Of a DNA stretch of 24,000 nucleotides, positions 1-8,536 are shown piece after piece; position 1 is the first letter of the stretch, and every line of letters starts with the position of its first letter. This stretch comes from an uncultured Orrella sp. (GTDB lineage: Bacteria > Pseudomonadota > Gammaproteobacteria > Burkholderiales > Burkholderiaceae_B). The translations under genes and the position numbers were made by a program. The DNA lies in the NCBI GenBank assembly GCA_964558695.1, contig CAZLFB010000023.1, positions 1-24,000 on the forward strand, read 5' to 3'. Under the pieces are notes generated by a model, which was not told the origin of the DNA, did no database searches, and was given only the letters and a program-made list of their open reading frames with translations.

Positions 1-113
1 TGATCAAGCCCGGCGGACTTACGGATCTGATTGGATTTGGTATTCTTGGGTTTGTGGTTGTTTGGCAGCTCATGGTGCGCAAGCAGCCGCCTTTGGCCCA
101 AGCAACCGCTTAA
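1..113 (+). CDS. 3' end of an upstream gene (C-terminal fragment of a membrane protein; start lies outside the window)
   Basis: The frame opening at position 3 reads IKPGGLTDLIGFGILGFVVVWQLMVRKQPPLAQATA, then TAA at 111-113. A hydrophobic helix followed by a basic tail looks like a genuine TM C-terminus. It is missing from the ORF track because it has no start codon in the window. The family cannot be assigned from 36 aa. Confidence 0.35.
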   Translation, partial: IKPGGLTDLIGFGILGFVVVWQLMVRKQPPLAQATA

Positions 114-132
114 GAAAACAGGAGTCTGGCGC

Positions 133-1290
133 ATGACCATCATCACCAACATCGAGGACTTGCGCCGTCTGGCTAAGCGGCGTGTGCCGCGTATGTTTTA
201 TGACTATGCCGACTCAGGCTCCTGGACCGAATCGACCTATCGGGCCAACGAGAGCGACTTCCAGAAAATCAAGCTGCGCCAGCGGATTTTGGTGGACATG
301 GAACATCGCTCCACCCGCACCAACATGATCGGGCAAGAGGTGGCGATGCCGGTGGCCATTGCCCCCACGGGCCTAACCGGCATGCAGCACGCCGACGGTG
401 AAATCCTGGCTGCACGCGCAGCCAAAGCGTTCGGTGTACCCTTCACACTGTCAACGATGAGCATTTGCTCCATCGAAGATGTCGCCCAAGGCACGGACAA
501 CCACCCCTTCTGGTTTCAGCTCTATGTCATGAAAGATCGGGATTTCATCACCCGCTTGATTGAAAGAGCCAAGGCAGCCAATTGCTCGGCATTGGTGCTG
601 ACGCTTGATCTGCAGATTCTGGGTCAGCGTCACAAAGACATTCGCAATGGTTTAAGTGCACCACCCAAACTGACACTGGCCAACATGATCAATATTGCCA
701 CCAAGCCGCGCTGGGCGTTGGGCATGCTGAGCACCAAACGACGCCAGTTTGGCAACATCGTCGGGCACGTCAAAGGCGTGACCGACATGTCGCGACTCAG
801 TGAATGGACTGCGTCACAGTTTGATCCAAAGCTAAACTGGGACGATGTGCAATGGATCAAGAAGCTTTGGGGCGGTAAACTGATCCTCAAAGGCATCATG
901 GATGTTGAGGACGCCAGGCTGGCGGCTCAGTCCGGGGCCGATGCCTTGATTGTTAGCAATCATGGCGGCCGACAGCTCGACGGGGCAGATTCAAGCATCA
1001 ACGCGTTGCCAGCCATTGTTGATGCAGTAGGAAAACAAATTGAAGTGCACATGGATGGCGGTATCCGCAGTGGTCAGGATGTTCTCAAAGCAAGGGCCTT
1101 GGGAGCACACGGCTGCTACATCGGGCGCAGTTTTCTGTACGGGCTTGGTGCCATGGGACAAGCAGGGGTTACCAAGGCACTTGAGCTTATTCACAATGAG
1201 CTGGACCTGTCGATGGCCTTTTGCGGGGTTACCGACGTCGAAAAAGTCGACAAACGCATCTTATTGCCGGGCACCTTCCCGACAGTCTGA
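133..1290 (+). CDS. lldD: FMN-dependent alpha-hydroxy-acid dehydrogenase (L-lactate dehydrogenase, LldD-like), 385 aa
   Basis: ORF 31..1290 trimmed to ATG 133, which is preceded by AGGAG at 120-124. The N-terminus MTIITNIEDLRRLAKRRVPRMFYDYADSGS and the SNHGGRQLD / GGIRSG motifs are characteristic of the FMN-dependent alpha-hydroxy acid dehydrogenase family. Confidence 0.88.
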   Translation: MTIITNIEDLRRLAKRRVPRMFYDYADSGSWTESTYRANESDFQKIKLRQRILVDMEHRSTRTNMIGQEVAMPVAIAPTGLTGMQHADGEILAARAAKAFGVPFTLSTMSICSIEDVAQGTDNHPFWFQLYVMKDRDFITRLIERAKAANCSALVLTLDLQILGQRHKDIRNGLSAPPKLTLANMINIATKPRWALGMLSTKRRQFGNIVGHVKGVTDMSRLSEWTASQFDPKLNWDDVQWIKKLWGGKLILKGIMDVEDARLAAQSGADALIVSNHGGRQLDGADSSINALPAIVDAVGKQIEVHMDGGIRSGQDVLKARALGAHGCYIGRSFLYGLGAMGQAGVTKALELIHNELDLSMAFCGVTDVEKVDKRILLPGTFPTV

Positions 1291-1311
1291 TCGCCTCGGG
1301 GAGGCCTTCGC

Positions 1312-2466
1312 ATGAAGTCGCCTCGCGTTTTAATTATCGTTGCAATCGCTTTGCTGATCGGCGCCTGGATGGGCTGGCGTACTTGGCAAGGACCAGTAGT
1401 CGATAGCTATGTTGTCGAGTCTGAGTCATTGGTGCAGACAGTTGTCGCCACCGGCCGAGTGATTTCCACTTCCACGGCCCAGATCGGTGCCGAGATCACA
1501 GGCATTGTGGTCGATCGGCATGTGCGCGATGGTGACATGGTTGAAACCGGTGATCTACTGCTCACACTGCGCGCCGATGATCTGGCGGCCCGAGTTCGCG
1601 AAGCCAAGGCCGCTATCAATAACCTGCGCCAATCACGACGTCTGCAAGCCAACGAGGCATTAAAACAGGCACAGTCGCAAGTTGAACAGGCGGTACGCGA
1701 AGCCGAGCGGCGTCAAGCTTTGCTGAAAAGCGAATCAATTTCACGCGAGGTTGTCGAAAAGGCCCTGAACGCCCAGATTGTGGCGGAAGCGACCTTGCGC
1801 CAAGCCAAGCTCGTGGCCGATTCGCTCGCACCTGGTGGTCCTGAAGAGGTCATCTTGGTAGAACGCCTGGCCGCCGCCCAAGCCGCCCTGGAAAAAACCG
1901 AGATCCGGGCCCAGTTTCCCGCCATCGTGCTAACCCGCAATGTTGAACCGGGTGATGTGGTGCAACCCGGACGCATCCTGATGGAGCTTGCCAAGCTCGG
2001 ACAAACCGAAGTGCTAGTGCCAGTTGATGAGCGCAATCTGGGTGTTTTGCAACTGGGCCAGCAAGCCGTTTGCATCCCCGACGCCTATCCAGACAGGCAA
2101 TTCAACGCGTCTGTTGACCACATTGCACCGACCGTTGATACGGAACGTGGCACGGTTGACGTGCGGCTCTCAGTACCCAATCCGCCCGACTACCTGCGTC
2201 AGGACATGACCGTGACGGCAACGATCGTGACCGGGGAACGCGACAACGCCCTGATCGTGCCCAACGACACACTGCGCAACATCAAAGGCAATCAAGCACT
2301 GGTGCAGACGATTGAACTTGGTCGGGTCGCGCAACGAGACATTGAGCTGGGTCTGCGCGGCTTGACGCACAGCGAAGTGCTTAAAGGCTTGTCTGCCGGT
2401 GATGTGCTAATCCGCACGCCGGATCTGACGGTTGGCCAACGGGTTCGTGCTGGCAATGTGGATTGA
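1312..2466 (+). CDS. HlyD/MacA-family periplasmic adaptor (membrane fusion protein) of an ABC exporter
   Basis: GGGGAGG at 1298-1304 precedes ATG 1312. N-terminal membrane anchor (VLIIVAIALLIGAWMGW). Long coiled-coil segment (LRQSRRLQANEALKQAQSQVEQAVREAERRQALL). Beta-rich C-terminus typical of membrane fusion proteins. Confidence 0.85.
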   Translation: MKSPRVLIIVAIALLIGAWMGWRTWQGPVVDSYVVESESLVQTVVATGRVISTSTAQIGAEITGIVVDRHVRDGDMVETGDLLLTLRADDLAARVREAKAAINNLRQSRRLQANEALKQAQSQVEQAVREAERRQALLKSESISREVVEKALNAQIVAEATLRQAKLVADSLAPGGPEEVILVERLAAAQAALEKTEIRAQFPAIVLTRNVEPGDVVQPGRILMELAKLGQTEVLVPVDERNLGVLQLGQQAVCIPDAYPDRQFNASVDHIAPTVDTERGTVDVRLSVPNPPDYLRQDMTVTATIVTGERDNALIVPNDTLRNIKGNQALVQTIELGRVAQRDIELGLRGLTHSEVLKGLSAGDVLIRTPDLTVGQRVRAGNVD

Positions 2467-3658
2467 GTTCAACATTGCGTTGAAGTTTTTGCGGCAAGGG
2501 TTTGCACAGACTCTGCTGATCCTGATCGGCATTGGCGTGGGTGTGGCGGTCATCGTCTTCATCGTGACACTCGTGACCGGTCTTCAGGCCAACATTGTTG
2601 ATAGAACACTTGGGACTCAGGCACACATTCGGGTCGAACCCTTTGAGGAAATCAATCGTCCTGCCACGGTGGTTGAAGGCGTCAAACATCTCGCCCTCGA
2701 AGACAAACGCTCTCAACAACTGCGTTCGATCAACAATTGGCAAGAAATCATGTTGGCGCTAGAGAATCTGCCGGATGTCACGGCGGTATCCCCGGTGGTC
2801 TCAGGCCCTGCGTTTGCGCGCCGCGGCTCTGCCACCCGATCCGTCTCGGTCATTGGCATCGATCCCGTGCGCTACGAGCGCATCATCTCGATTAGCGATG
2901 ACATTGTTGACGGACAGTTTCGCGTGGGTGCTGGTGAGACGGTGATTGGTGCCAAGCTAGCGAGTGACCTCGGTGTGCGCGTGGGCAGCAAGCTCCGCCT
3001 GGAGGCCGGTAACAACCGAACTGCGGTGGTCACCATCATAGGCATATTTGATTTGGGTGTTCGCGAGCTCGATTCACGTTTTGTGTATCTGGATCTGAAA
3101 CAGGCCCAGGCGTTGCTTGGTCTCTACGGTGGTGTGACCGTCATTGACTTGACGGTGAACGACATTTTTGATGCAAGTCGTATCTCAGATCAGATCGCCC
3201 GGCTAACGGCGCTTAAGTCGGAAAGCTGGATGCAAATCAACAGCCAGCTCATGAATGCGCTGAAGTCACAAAGCCTGTCATCCAGCCTCATCAGTTTCTT
3301 TGTGGCTTTGTCGGTGGCCTTTGGCATCGCCAGTGTCTTGGCCATTAGCGTGACCCAACGTACGCGCGAGATCGGTATCTTAAGGGCCATGGGTGCACGC
3401 AAAGAGCAGATGCTTCGCGTGTTTCTGATTCAGGGCGCCATCCTGGGGCTGTTTGGCTCGTTTGCCGGTGCCGGCGTTGGCTGGGGCATGGTCTGGATCT
3501 TCAATGAGTTCGGGCCTCGATTGTTTGACATCAGCCCATCGGTGTCGATTATTCCAGTGGCTGTCAGCATCGCAACGATTACGGGCGTGATCGCTGCCAT
3601 TGCGCCAGCCTGGCGTGCTTCGCGGTTGGACCCTGTGGCAGCGATTCGCTATGTCTGA
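2456..3658 (+). CDS. ABC transporter permease, FtsX/MacB-periplasmic-domain type (LolC/E-MacB family)
   Basis: ORF 2432..3658. ATG 2456 overlaps the adaptor stop codon (ATGTGGATTGA), suggesting translational coupling; the TTG at 2432 is an alternative start. One N-terminal TM, a large extracytoplasmic domain, then a C-terminal FtsX-like three-TM bundle (REIGILRAMGA motif). Confidence 0.85.
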   Translation: MWIEFNIALKFLRQGFAQTLLILIGIGVGVAVIVFIVTLVTGLQANIVDRTLGTQAHIRVEPFEEINRPATVVEGVKHLALEDKRSQQLRSINNWQEIMLALENLPDVTAVSPVVSGPAFARRGSATRSVSVIGIDPVRYERIISISDDIVDGQFRVGAGETVIGAKLASDLGVRVGSKLRLEAGNNRTAVVTIIGIFDLGVRELDSRFVYLDLKQAQALLGLYGGVTVIDLTVNDIFDASRISDQIARLTALKSESWMQINSQLMNALKSQSLSSSLISFFVALSVAFGIASVLAISVTQRTREIGILRAMGARKEQMLRVFLIQGAILGLFGSFAGAGVGWGMVWIFNEFGPRLFDISPSVSIIPVAVSIATITGVIAAIAPAWRASRLDPVAAIRYV

Positions 3659-4370
3659 AGTCGTTGATCAAACTGTTTTACGGCTTGAGGACTTGCGCAA
3701 GTCCTACAACATTGGCATGCCCACCGAACTCGAGGTTTTGCATGGCTTGAACATGACCTTGCATACGCACGACTTCTGTGCGCTCGTTGGACCCTCGGGT
3801 TCAGGCAAAAGCACGCTACTAAACCTCATTGGCTTGCTTGATCAGCCCACCACGGGCGAACTCTATCTTCTTGACCAAGCCACGCGAGCGCTCGATGATG
3901 AAGGCCGAACCAAGATCCGGCGAGAATCGATTGGATTTGTGTTTCAGTTTCATCATCTGATTGAAGCCTTCAACGCACTTGAAAACGTCTTGATGCCGCT
4001 AATGGTCAAAGGTGGCAAGCCCAACGAAGAACAAACCACCTGGGCCATGCACTTGCTCGATTCTGTTGGACTGAAAGGGTTTGAACGCAAAAAACCCAGT
4101 CAGCTCTCGGGCGGTCAGCAACAGCGAGTGGCCATCGCACGCGCGCTCGCGACCCGGCCGGCGCTGCTGCTCGCTGACGAGCCCACTGGGAACCTCGATA
4201 CACAAACGGCTGCACATATCTTTGAATTGCTTCGACACTTCAATCGAGAATTCGGTTGTGCGGTCCTGATCGTGACCCACGACCCGCGACTGTCTGAGAC
4301 CTGTGATCGCACCATCACGCTCGTTGATGGGCGCTTTACGGGCGATGTGTGGCACAAGCTAAACACCTAG
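3651..4370 (+). CDS. ABC transporter ATP-binding protein (LolD/MacB-type NBD)
   Basis: ATG 3651 overlaps the permease stop (ATGTCTGA). Walker [13 protein letters not shown] signature [15 protein letters not shown], Walker [13 protein letters not shown] and an H-loop (VTHD) are all present. Confidence 0.92.
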   Translation: MSEVVDQTVLRLEDLRKSYNIGMPTELEVLHGLNMTLHTHDFCALVGPSGSGKSTLLNLIGLLDQPTTGELYLLDQATRALDDEGRTKIRRESIGFVFQFHHLIEAFNALENVLMPLMVKGGKPNEEQTTWAMHLLDSVGLKGFERKKPSQLSGGQQQRVAIARALATRPALLLADEPTGNLDTQTAAHIFELLRHFNREFGCAVLIVTHDPRLSETCDRTITLVDGRFTGDVWHKLNT

Positions 4371-4398
4371 GTAACGGATTCGTCCGTACCCCGAATTG

Positions 4399-4425
4399 AT
4401 GCACTGAGTACCATGCACTGAGTAC
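4399..4425. repeat. Tandem direct repeat, 2 x 13 nt (ATGCACTGAGTAC) separated by one C
   Basis: Read directly: 4399-4411 and 4413-4425 are identical. The repeat lies in the intergenic region between the ABC ATPase gene and the DUF4160 gene. Confidence 0.9.
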
Positions 4426-4479
4426 GACTATTCTTCCCGGCATTTTTTTACCTTTACCGCTCACTACGTACTTCCCCGA

Positions 4480-4529
4480 TTGGGCAAATGTACTCCAACG
4501 CCCAATATCAGTCGCTATTTGGCAAATAG
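4480..4529 (+). promoter_or_regulatory. Candidate sigma70 promoter plus palindromic operator upstream of the DUF4160/DUF2442 pair
   Basis: TTGGGC (4480-4485), 17 nt spacer, CAATAT (4503-4508). A perfect 7-bp inverted repeat CTATTTG-g-CAAATAG at 4515-4529 sits at or just after the predicted TSS. A second inverted repeat, ATTGGGC (4479-4485) / GCCCAAT (4500-4506), brackets the spacer. GGAGG at 4553-4557 follows. Confidence 0.35.
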
Positions 4530-4564
4530 ACTTCCACACTTTGGAAATTTTTGGAGGAATGTCT

Positions 4565-4825
4565 ATGCCAACCATCAGCGAGTTCTTTGGAATCATCATT
4601 CGCATGTATTACGATGAGCATAATCCGCCGCACTTTCATGCTTACTATGCTGAGCATGAAGCGATGATATCGATTGAGTCACTCGCCGTTCTACAAGGGC
4701 GTCTGCCAAAGCGAGCTAGGGCGCTGGTAGTAGAATGGGCAACTGAGCATAGGCAAGCACTGCTTGATGACTGGCACTTAGCCGCCACCCATCAAGCGCT
4801 AAACAGGATTAACCCTCTGGAGTAA
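4565..4825 (+). CDS. DUF4160 domain-containing protein (86 aa)
   Basis: ORF 4541..4825 trimmed to ATG 4565, 7 nt after GGAGG; ATG 4559 is an alternative. The sequence MPTISEFFGIIIRMYYDEHNPPHFHAYY matches the hallmark N-terminal signature I recognise for DUF4160. Confidence 0.78.
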   Translation: MPTISEFFGIIIRMYYDEHNPPHFHAYYAEHEAMISIESLAVLQGRLPKRARALVVEWATEHRQALLDDWHLAATHQALNRINPLE

Positions 4826-4831
4826 TAGAGA

Positions 4832-5071
4832 ATGCCTCGAGTGACGAATGTCGAAACCAAACCCGAGTACACACTGTCGGTGACATTTGAAGATGGAACA
4901 TCAGGTGAAGTTAATCTCACAGACCGTTTATTTGGACCAATGTTTGAACCACTAAAAGATCCGGCGTATTTTGCGCACGCCTCGATTGATGCGTTTGGTG
5001 TCATTTGCTGGCCCAATGGTGCCGACTTGGCACCAGACGCCCTATACGCCAAATTAAAGGCAGCTTCGTGA
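4832..5071 (+). CDS. DUF2442 domain-containing protein (79 aa)
   Basis: ATG 4832 lies 6 nt after the DUF4160 stop, with GGAG at 4818-4821. The pattern V..V....Y.L.V.F.DG..G.V.L ... F..ID.FG.I.WPNGADLAPDALY is typical of DUF2442, which commonly sits next to DUF4160 genes. Confidence 0.78.
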   Translation: MPRVTNVETKPEYTLSVTFEDGTSGEVNLTDRLFGPMFEPLKDPAYFAHASIDAFGVICWPNGADLAPDALYAKLKAAS

Positions 5072-5143
5072 TCTTAGGGCACAGGTTTAGTGATCCGCGC
5101 GAGCCATAGAGGCGATTGACTTAAAACTTGACCAGTTGTGAGA

Positions 5144-6436
5144 TCAGGACTGCCTGATTTCCTCTGGCAAGCGTTCATTACCCACTCGCCAGTCCGATCG
5201 AAGCAATAAGGTAAGCAAAGAAACCAATGCACCAGCCATAATCACCATGGCAGGTGCCATCAGCAAGCTCTGACGTGACAACAAATACTCGGTGAGCATG
5301 GGCGCAATGCCGCCAAATAGACCAACCGACAAGCTGTAGGAAAATGAGATACCGGTGACCCGAACTTGGGGTGGCAAAAGATTGGCCATTGCCGCACTTA
5401 AAGGCCCCACAAAAAATCCCTGGCCAATGGCCAAGATGGCGCTGCCGACAAGCATCAACCCTACATCGCCTGACTGAAACAGTCGAAATGCCGGCCAGGC
5501 GCCGACCAGTAAAATCATGGCGCCCAAGCGGGCGATCTGAACACGATCGACTCGGTCGCCAAGATAGCCGCCCAGTAAACACGTCAAGGCAACCATCGCC
5601 AACCCCGCTAGGTTGATCAGCAGCGCCACATTGGAACTAACACCTGCTTCCTTGACCATCCATTGCACGGCGTACATAAAACCAATAAAAGACACGATGC
5701 CGGTTGACGTATTAGCCAAGCAAATTGAGACCATGGCACGCCAGTGATGCGCAAACACTTCTTTAACGGGTGATTTCGAGCGCATCGACAGGTTCAGTGC
5801 TGACTCCGTCAAGGAGCGTCTTGCGTAGATACCGATGACGGTCAACACCACACTCAGAACGAAGGGTACGCGCCAACCCCATTCATTCATTTGGTCTTTG
5901 CCTAAAATGAGCAAACAAACAAAACAAACCACTGTTCCAAGAAGCAGCCCCCCAAAAGCACCCATGGGGCTAAAACTTCCAATAAACCCTCGTCGCTCTG
6001 GTCGGGAATGCTCAATCAGAAACACAATTGAGGAGGTGTATTCGCCGCCCACGGCCAAGCCCTGGAGCATGCGCAGCAGAATTAACAAAATCGGTGCCCA
6101 AAGCCCGATAGTTTCATAGGTTGGCAGTAGACCAATGATGAGTGTTGGAATCGCAATGGACGCAACAGTAACCTGCAAGGCCGTTTTACGACCAATGCAG
6201 TCACCAATTCGCCCCATTAATAAGCCCCCAACTGGCCGCATGATCATGCCAGTTGCGAAAGCGCCATAGCTCGCAATTAAGGCTGCCACTGGATCATGAG
6301 ATGGAAAAAAGTGATACGCAAAATAAACGGCCAGATAGGCATAGATGATGAAGTCATAAAACTCGATGGCATTGCCAATCGCGCCCGCAAAAATAGTCTT
6401 ACGGAGTTTTTGAGGGTCAATCGTTACACTACTCAT
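5144..6436 (-). CDS. MFS transporter, metabolite:H+ symporter (MHS, ProP-like) family
   Basis: 430 aa with about 12 predicted TM segments. The N-terminal GNAIEFYDFIIYAYLAVYFA and the loop motif MGRIGDCIGRK are typical of MHS-family MFS proteins. Substrate not assignable. Confidence 0.85.
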   Translation of the reverse strand: MSSVTIDPQKLRKTIFAGAIGNAIEFYDFIIYAYLAVYFAYHFFPSHDPVAALIASYGAFATGMIMRPVGGLLMGRIGDCIGRKTALQVTVASIAIPTLIIGLLPTYETIGLWAPILLILLRMLQGLAVGGEYTSSIVFLIEHSRPERRGFIGSFSPMGAFGGLLLGTVVCFVCLLILGKDQMNEWGWRVPFVLSVVLTVIGIYARRSLTESALNLSMRSKSPVKEVFAHHWRAMVSICLANTSTGIVSFIGFMYAVQWMVKEAGVSSNVALLINLAGLAMVALTCLLGGYLGDRVDRVQIARLGAMILLVGAWPAFRLFQSGDVGLMLVGSAILAIGQGFFVGPLSAAMANLLPPQVRVTGISFSYSLSVGLFGGIAPMLTEYLLSRQSLLMAPAMVIMAGALVSLLTLLLRSDWRVGNERLPEEIRQS

Positions 6437-6561
6437 CAGGCATCAGTCAAAGAATGTGAGGGAACTGGTCTCTTAGAAAAGCAATCCAGCCGTGATTACT
6501 TGCATGCGACAGTTAACGCAAATAGGCAACCAACTTGAATAGTATCGTGGTCCAGCATCAC

Positions 6562-7638
6562 TCAATCCGCGTTCACTGCTTGTTTATCAAGCTTCAGGTT
6601 GTAAATCCATTCGCGCCAAATAGCGACCAACAAAGCCATCAACACAGGGCCAACAAACAGACCAACGAGGCCCATCGTTTTAACCCCCCCGATCAAGCCA
6701 AAAAACGTCGGCAAAAATGGTAGTTTGACTGGACCACCGACAAGTCTCGGGCGCAATGTCTTGTCAACAATAAAAAGCTCTACGGAACCCCATACATACA
6801 GCCCTACACCGGCGACCACATCACCTGACCCAATTAAATAGATAGAGACCAGCGTGTAGCAAAGCGGCGCACCACCAGGCACCATGGCCATCACGCCCGT
6901 GATCACGCCCATGAGCACAGGAGACGGAAATCCGACAACCCAGTAAGCAATGCCCAGAATGACACCCTCGCCAATCGCAATCAGACCCATGCCCGTCACG
7001 GTTGAGCTGACTGTGGCTGGCACCACCCTGGAAAAGTGCTGCCACCGGTTTGGCAAAAGGCGCTCCCCCGCCAAATCGACCTGCTGCGCAAGCGCAGAAC
7101 CATCTTTGTATATGAAGAACAGCGCGATCAACATAAACAAGACCGTCAGCAACGTTGATGCGAGGTTTGCTGTCGTGTTGATGGCAATGCGGTAGATATC
7201 GCCGATGTGTTGGCCACTGAATGCCTGGACCCACTCGCCCAAGGCTTGTGGCTTACCGAGGTAAGTGTTCCAGTAGTGTGCCAGTGACTCGCCCAGCCAT
7301 GGCAAGTCTATCACCCACTGAGGCGCGGCCATGCCTTCCCGATTGGCTAAAAACAACCACTCTACAAACAGGACCGCCTCGGTCACGGCGTAATACAGTG
7401 CGAACGAGAGTGGTACGACAAGCACCACCAACACGACAATCAAAGCAATGGTTGCCCCCCAAACCGTGCTGCCGCCGACTGCTCGAACGAGCTTTTGATA
7501 GGGGGGCCAGCTGGCAAAGCCAATGATCAGCGCCGCGAGTACAGGCACCAAAAATCCGGCAAAGAAATACACCGCCGCTGCCAGCACCAGCAATAACAGA
7601 ACCCGCACCAATGGCGGTATGGTTAACGGGGTCTGCAT
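6562..7638 (-). CDS. AI-2E family transporter (PerM/YdiK-like, UPF0118)
   Basis: 358 aa polytopic membrane protein. The overall pattern, including the C-terminal GLIGGVKTMGLVGLFVGPVLMALL segment, resembles the AI-2E/PerM family. Confidence 0.78.
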   Translation of the reverse strand: MQTPLTIPPLVRVLLLLVLAAAVYFFAGFLVPVLAALIIGFASWPPYQKLVRAVGGSTVWGATIALIVVLVVLVVPLSFALYYAVTEAVLFVEWLFLANREGMAAPQWVIDLPWLGESLAHYWNTYLGKPQALGEWVQAFSGQHIGDIYRIAINTTANLASTLLTVLFMLIALFFIYKDGSALAQQVDLAGERLLPNRWQHFSRVVPATVSSTVTGMGLIAIGEGVILGIAYWVVGFPSPVLMGVITGVMAMVPGGAPLCYTLVSIYLIGSGDVVAGVGLYVWGSVELFIVDKTLRPRLVGGPVKLPFLPTFFGLIGGVKTMGLVGLFVGPVLMALLVAIWREWIYNLKLDKQAVNAD

Positions 7639-7720
7639 CGCTGGTTAGTCACCTTCTCAAGCAATAGTTCGGCTGCCCTATGGTAGCCGTTAAAGATTAA
7701 GGCGTGGCTGTATTATGGAG

Positions 7721-8512
7721 CTACTGTTGCAGACGCTTTTCAAGTTCTGTTTTGGAAATCGCACCAGGTACACGGGAGCCATCAGCAAAAAAGATGGCCG
7801 GTGTGCCTTGAACCTGCAGATCGCGGCCTAATTCAAGCAACTTGTCTAACGGCACATCGCAAGTCATTTTCTGGGGCACCTTGCCTTCAAGCATCCAGGC
7901 ATCCCAGGCTGCGCCGGGGTCAGCGGCACACCAGACATTCTTAACTTTCTCAGTCGAGTCTTCCGACAGAATGGGCAGCATGTAGGTGTAAACCGTCAGG
8001 TTATCGATGCCTTCCATGCTGCGGCGCAATTGCTTGCAATAGCCACAATTGGGGTCTTCAAAGAGTGCGATTTTGCGGGACCCATCGCCACGCACCTGAG
8101 TGATCGCAAGCTCTTTGGGCAATGCATCAAAGTTAATGCGCGCCAATTCCTCCAAGCGCTTTTCTGTCAGATCCATGCGCGTGGCCGCATCGATCAAGTG
8201 ACCGTCGAGCACATAATTCACCCCTTGATCGGTGTAAACCAAGCTGGTACCAATTTGCACTTCAAACAACCCAAAAGGTGCGTATCGCACCTCGCTCACC
8301 GGCATGTTGCCAAAACGCTCGCTAAAAACTTTCTTGACGGCCTCCGTGGTTGCATCGCTTTGGCCAACTTTGCTGTCAACCGCGACTGGATTGCTCTCAG
8401 GTGCTTGCTGAGCAGCCGAGGCCTGCGTTGGGGCGGGGGGTTGCGTCTGAGCCATGGCCAGCGGCATGGCCGTGACGATAGACACAGCCAAAAGATGTTT
8501 GAAGATATTCAT
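7721..8512 (-). CDS. dsbC: Thiol:disulfide interchange protein, DsbC/DsbG family
   Basis: Signal peptide MNIFKHLLAVSIVTAMPLAMA. An N-terminal dimerisation-like domain. A thioredoxin fold with the CGYC active site (FEDPNCGYCKQL) and a C-terminal GTPAIFF motif. Confidence 0.85.
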   Translation of the reverse strand: MNIFKHLLAVSIVTAMPLAMAQTQPPAPTQASAAQQAPESNPVAVDSKVGQSDATTEAVKKVFSERFGNMPVSEVRYAPFGLFEVQIGTSLVYTDQGVNYVLDGHLIDAATRMDLTEKRLEELARINFDALPKELAITQVRGDGSRKIALFEDPNCGYCKQLRRSMEGIDNLTVYTYMLPILSEDSTEKVKNVWCAADPGAAWDAWMLEGKVPQKMTCDVPLDKLLELGRDLQVQGTPAIFFADGSRVPGAISKTELEKRLQQ

Positions 8513-8536
8513 CAGGTCTCCTGTACTTGGACTCGG

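Noticed and set aside
31-132. N-terminal extension of the lldD ORF (TTG start at 31, giving 419 aa)
   Set aside because: The extension (MDLVFLGLWLFGSSWCASSRLWPK...) overlaps the better-looking C-terminal frame of the upstream gene, which ends at 113. ATG 133 has an AGGAG RBS and gives the canonical family N-terminus.
1312-4370. HlyD adaptor, FtsX-type permease and ATPase as a possible novel system (no outer-membrane factor gene in the locus, directly downstream of lldD)
   Set aside because: All three proteins carry standard MacAB/Lol/DevCBA-type tripartite exporter motifs. Absence of a linked TolC-like gene is common for this family. Nothing in the sequence departs from the ordinary family pattern.
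4399-4421. Two identical mini-ORFs (ATG CAC TGA) created by the 13-nt tandem repeat
   Set aside because: They are two codons long with no RBS. They are almost certainly a by-product of the repeat sequence rather than coding.
4336-4605. 89-aa minus-strand ORF spanning the ABC/DUF4160 intergenic region
   Set aside because: It starts inside the DUF4160 gene in antisense and ends inside the ABC ATPase gene. It has no RBS and no recognisable family. The intergenic signals are better explained as a promoter and operator for the plus-strand pair.
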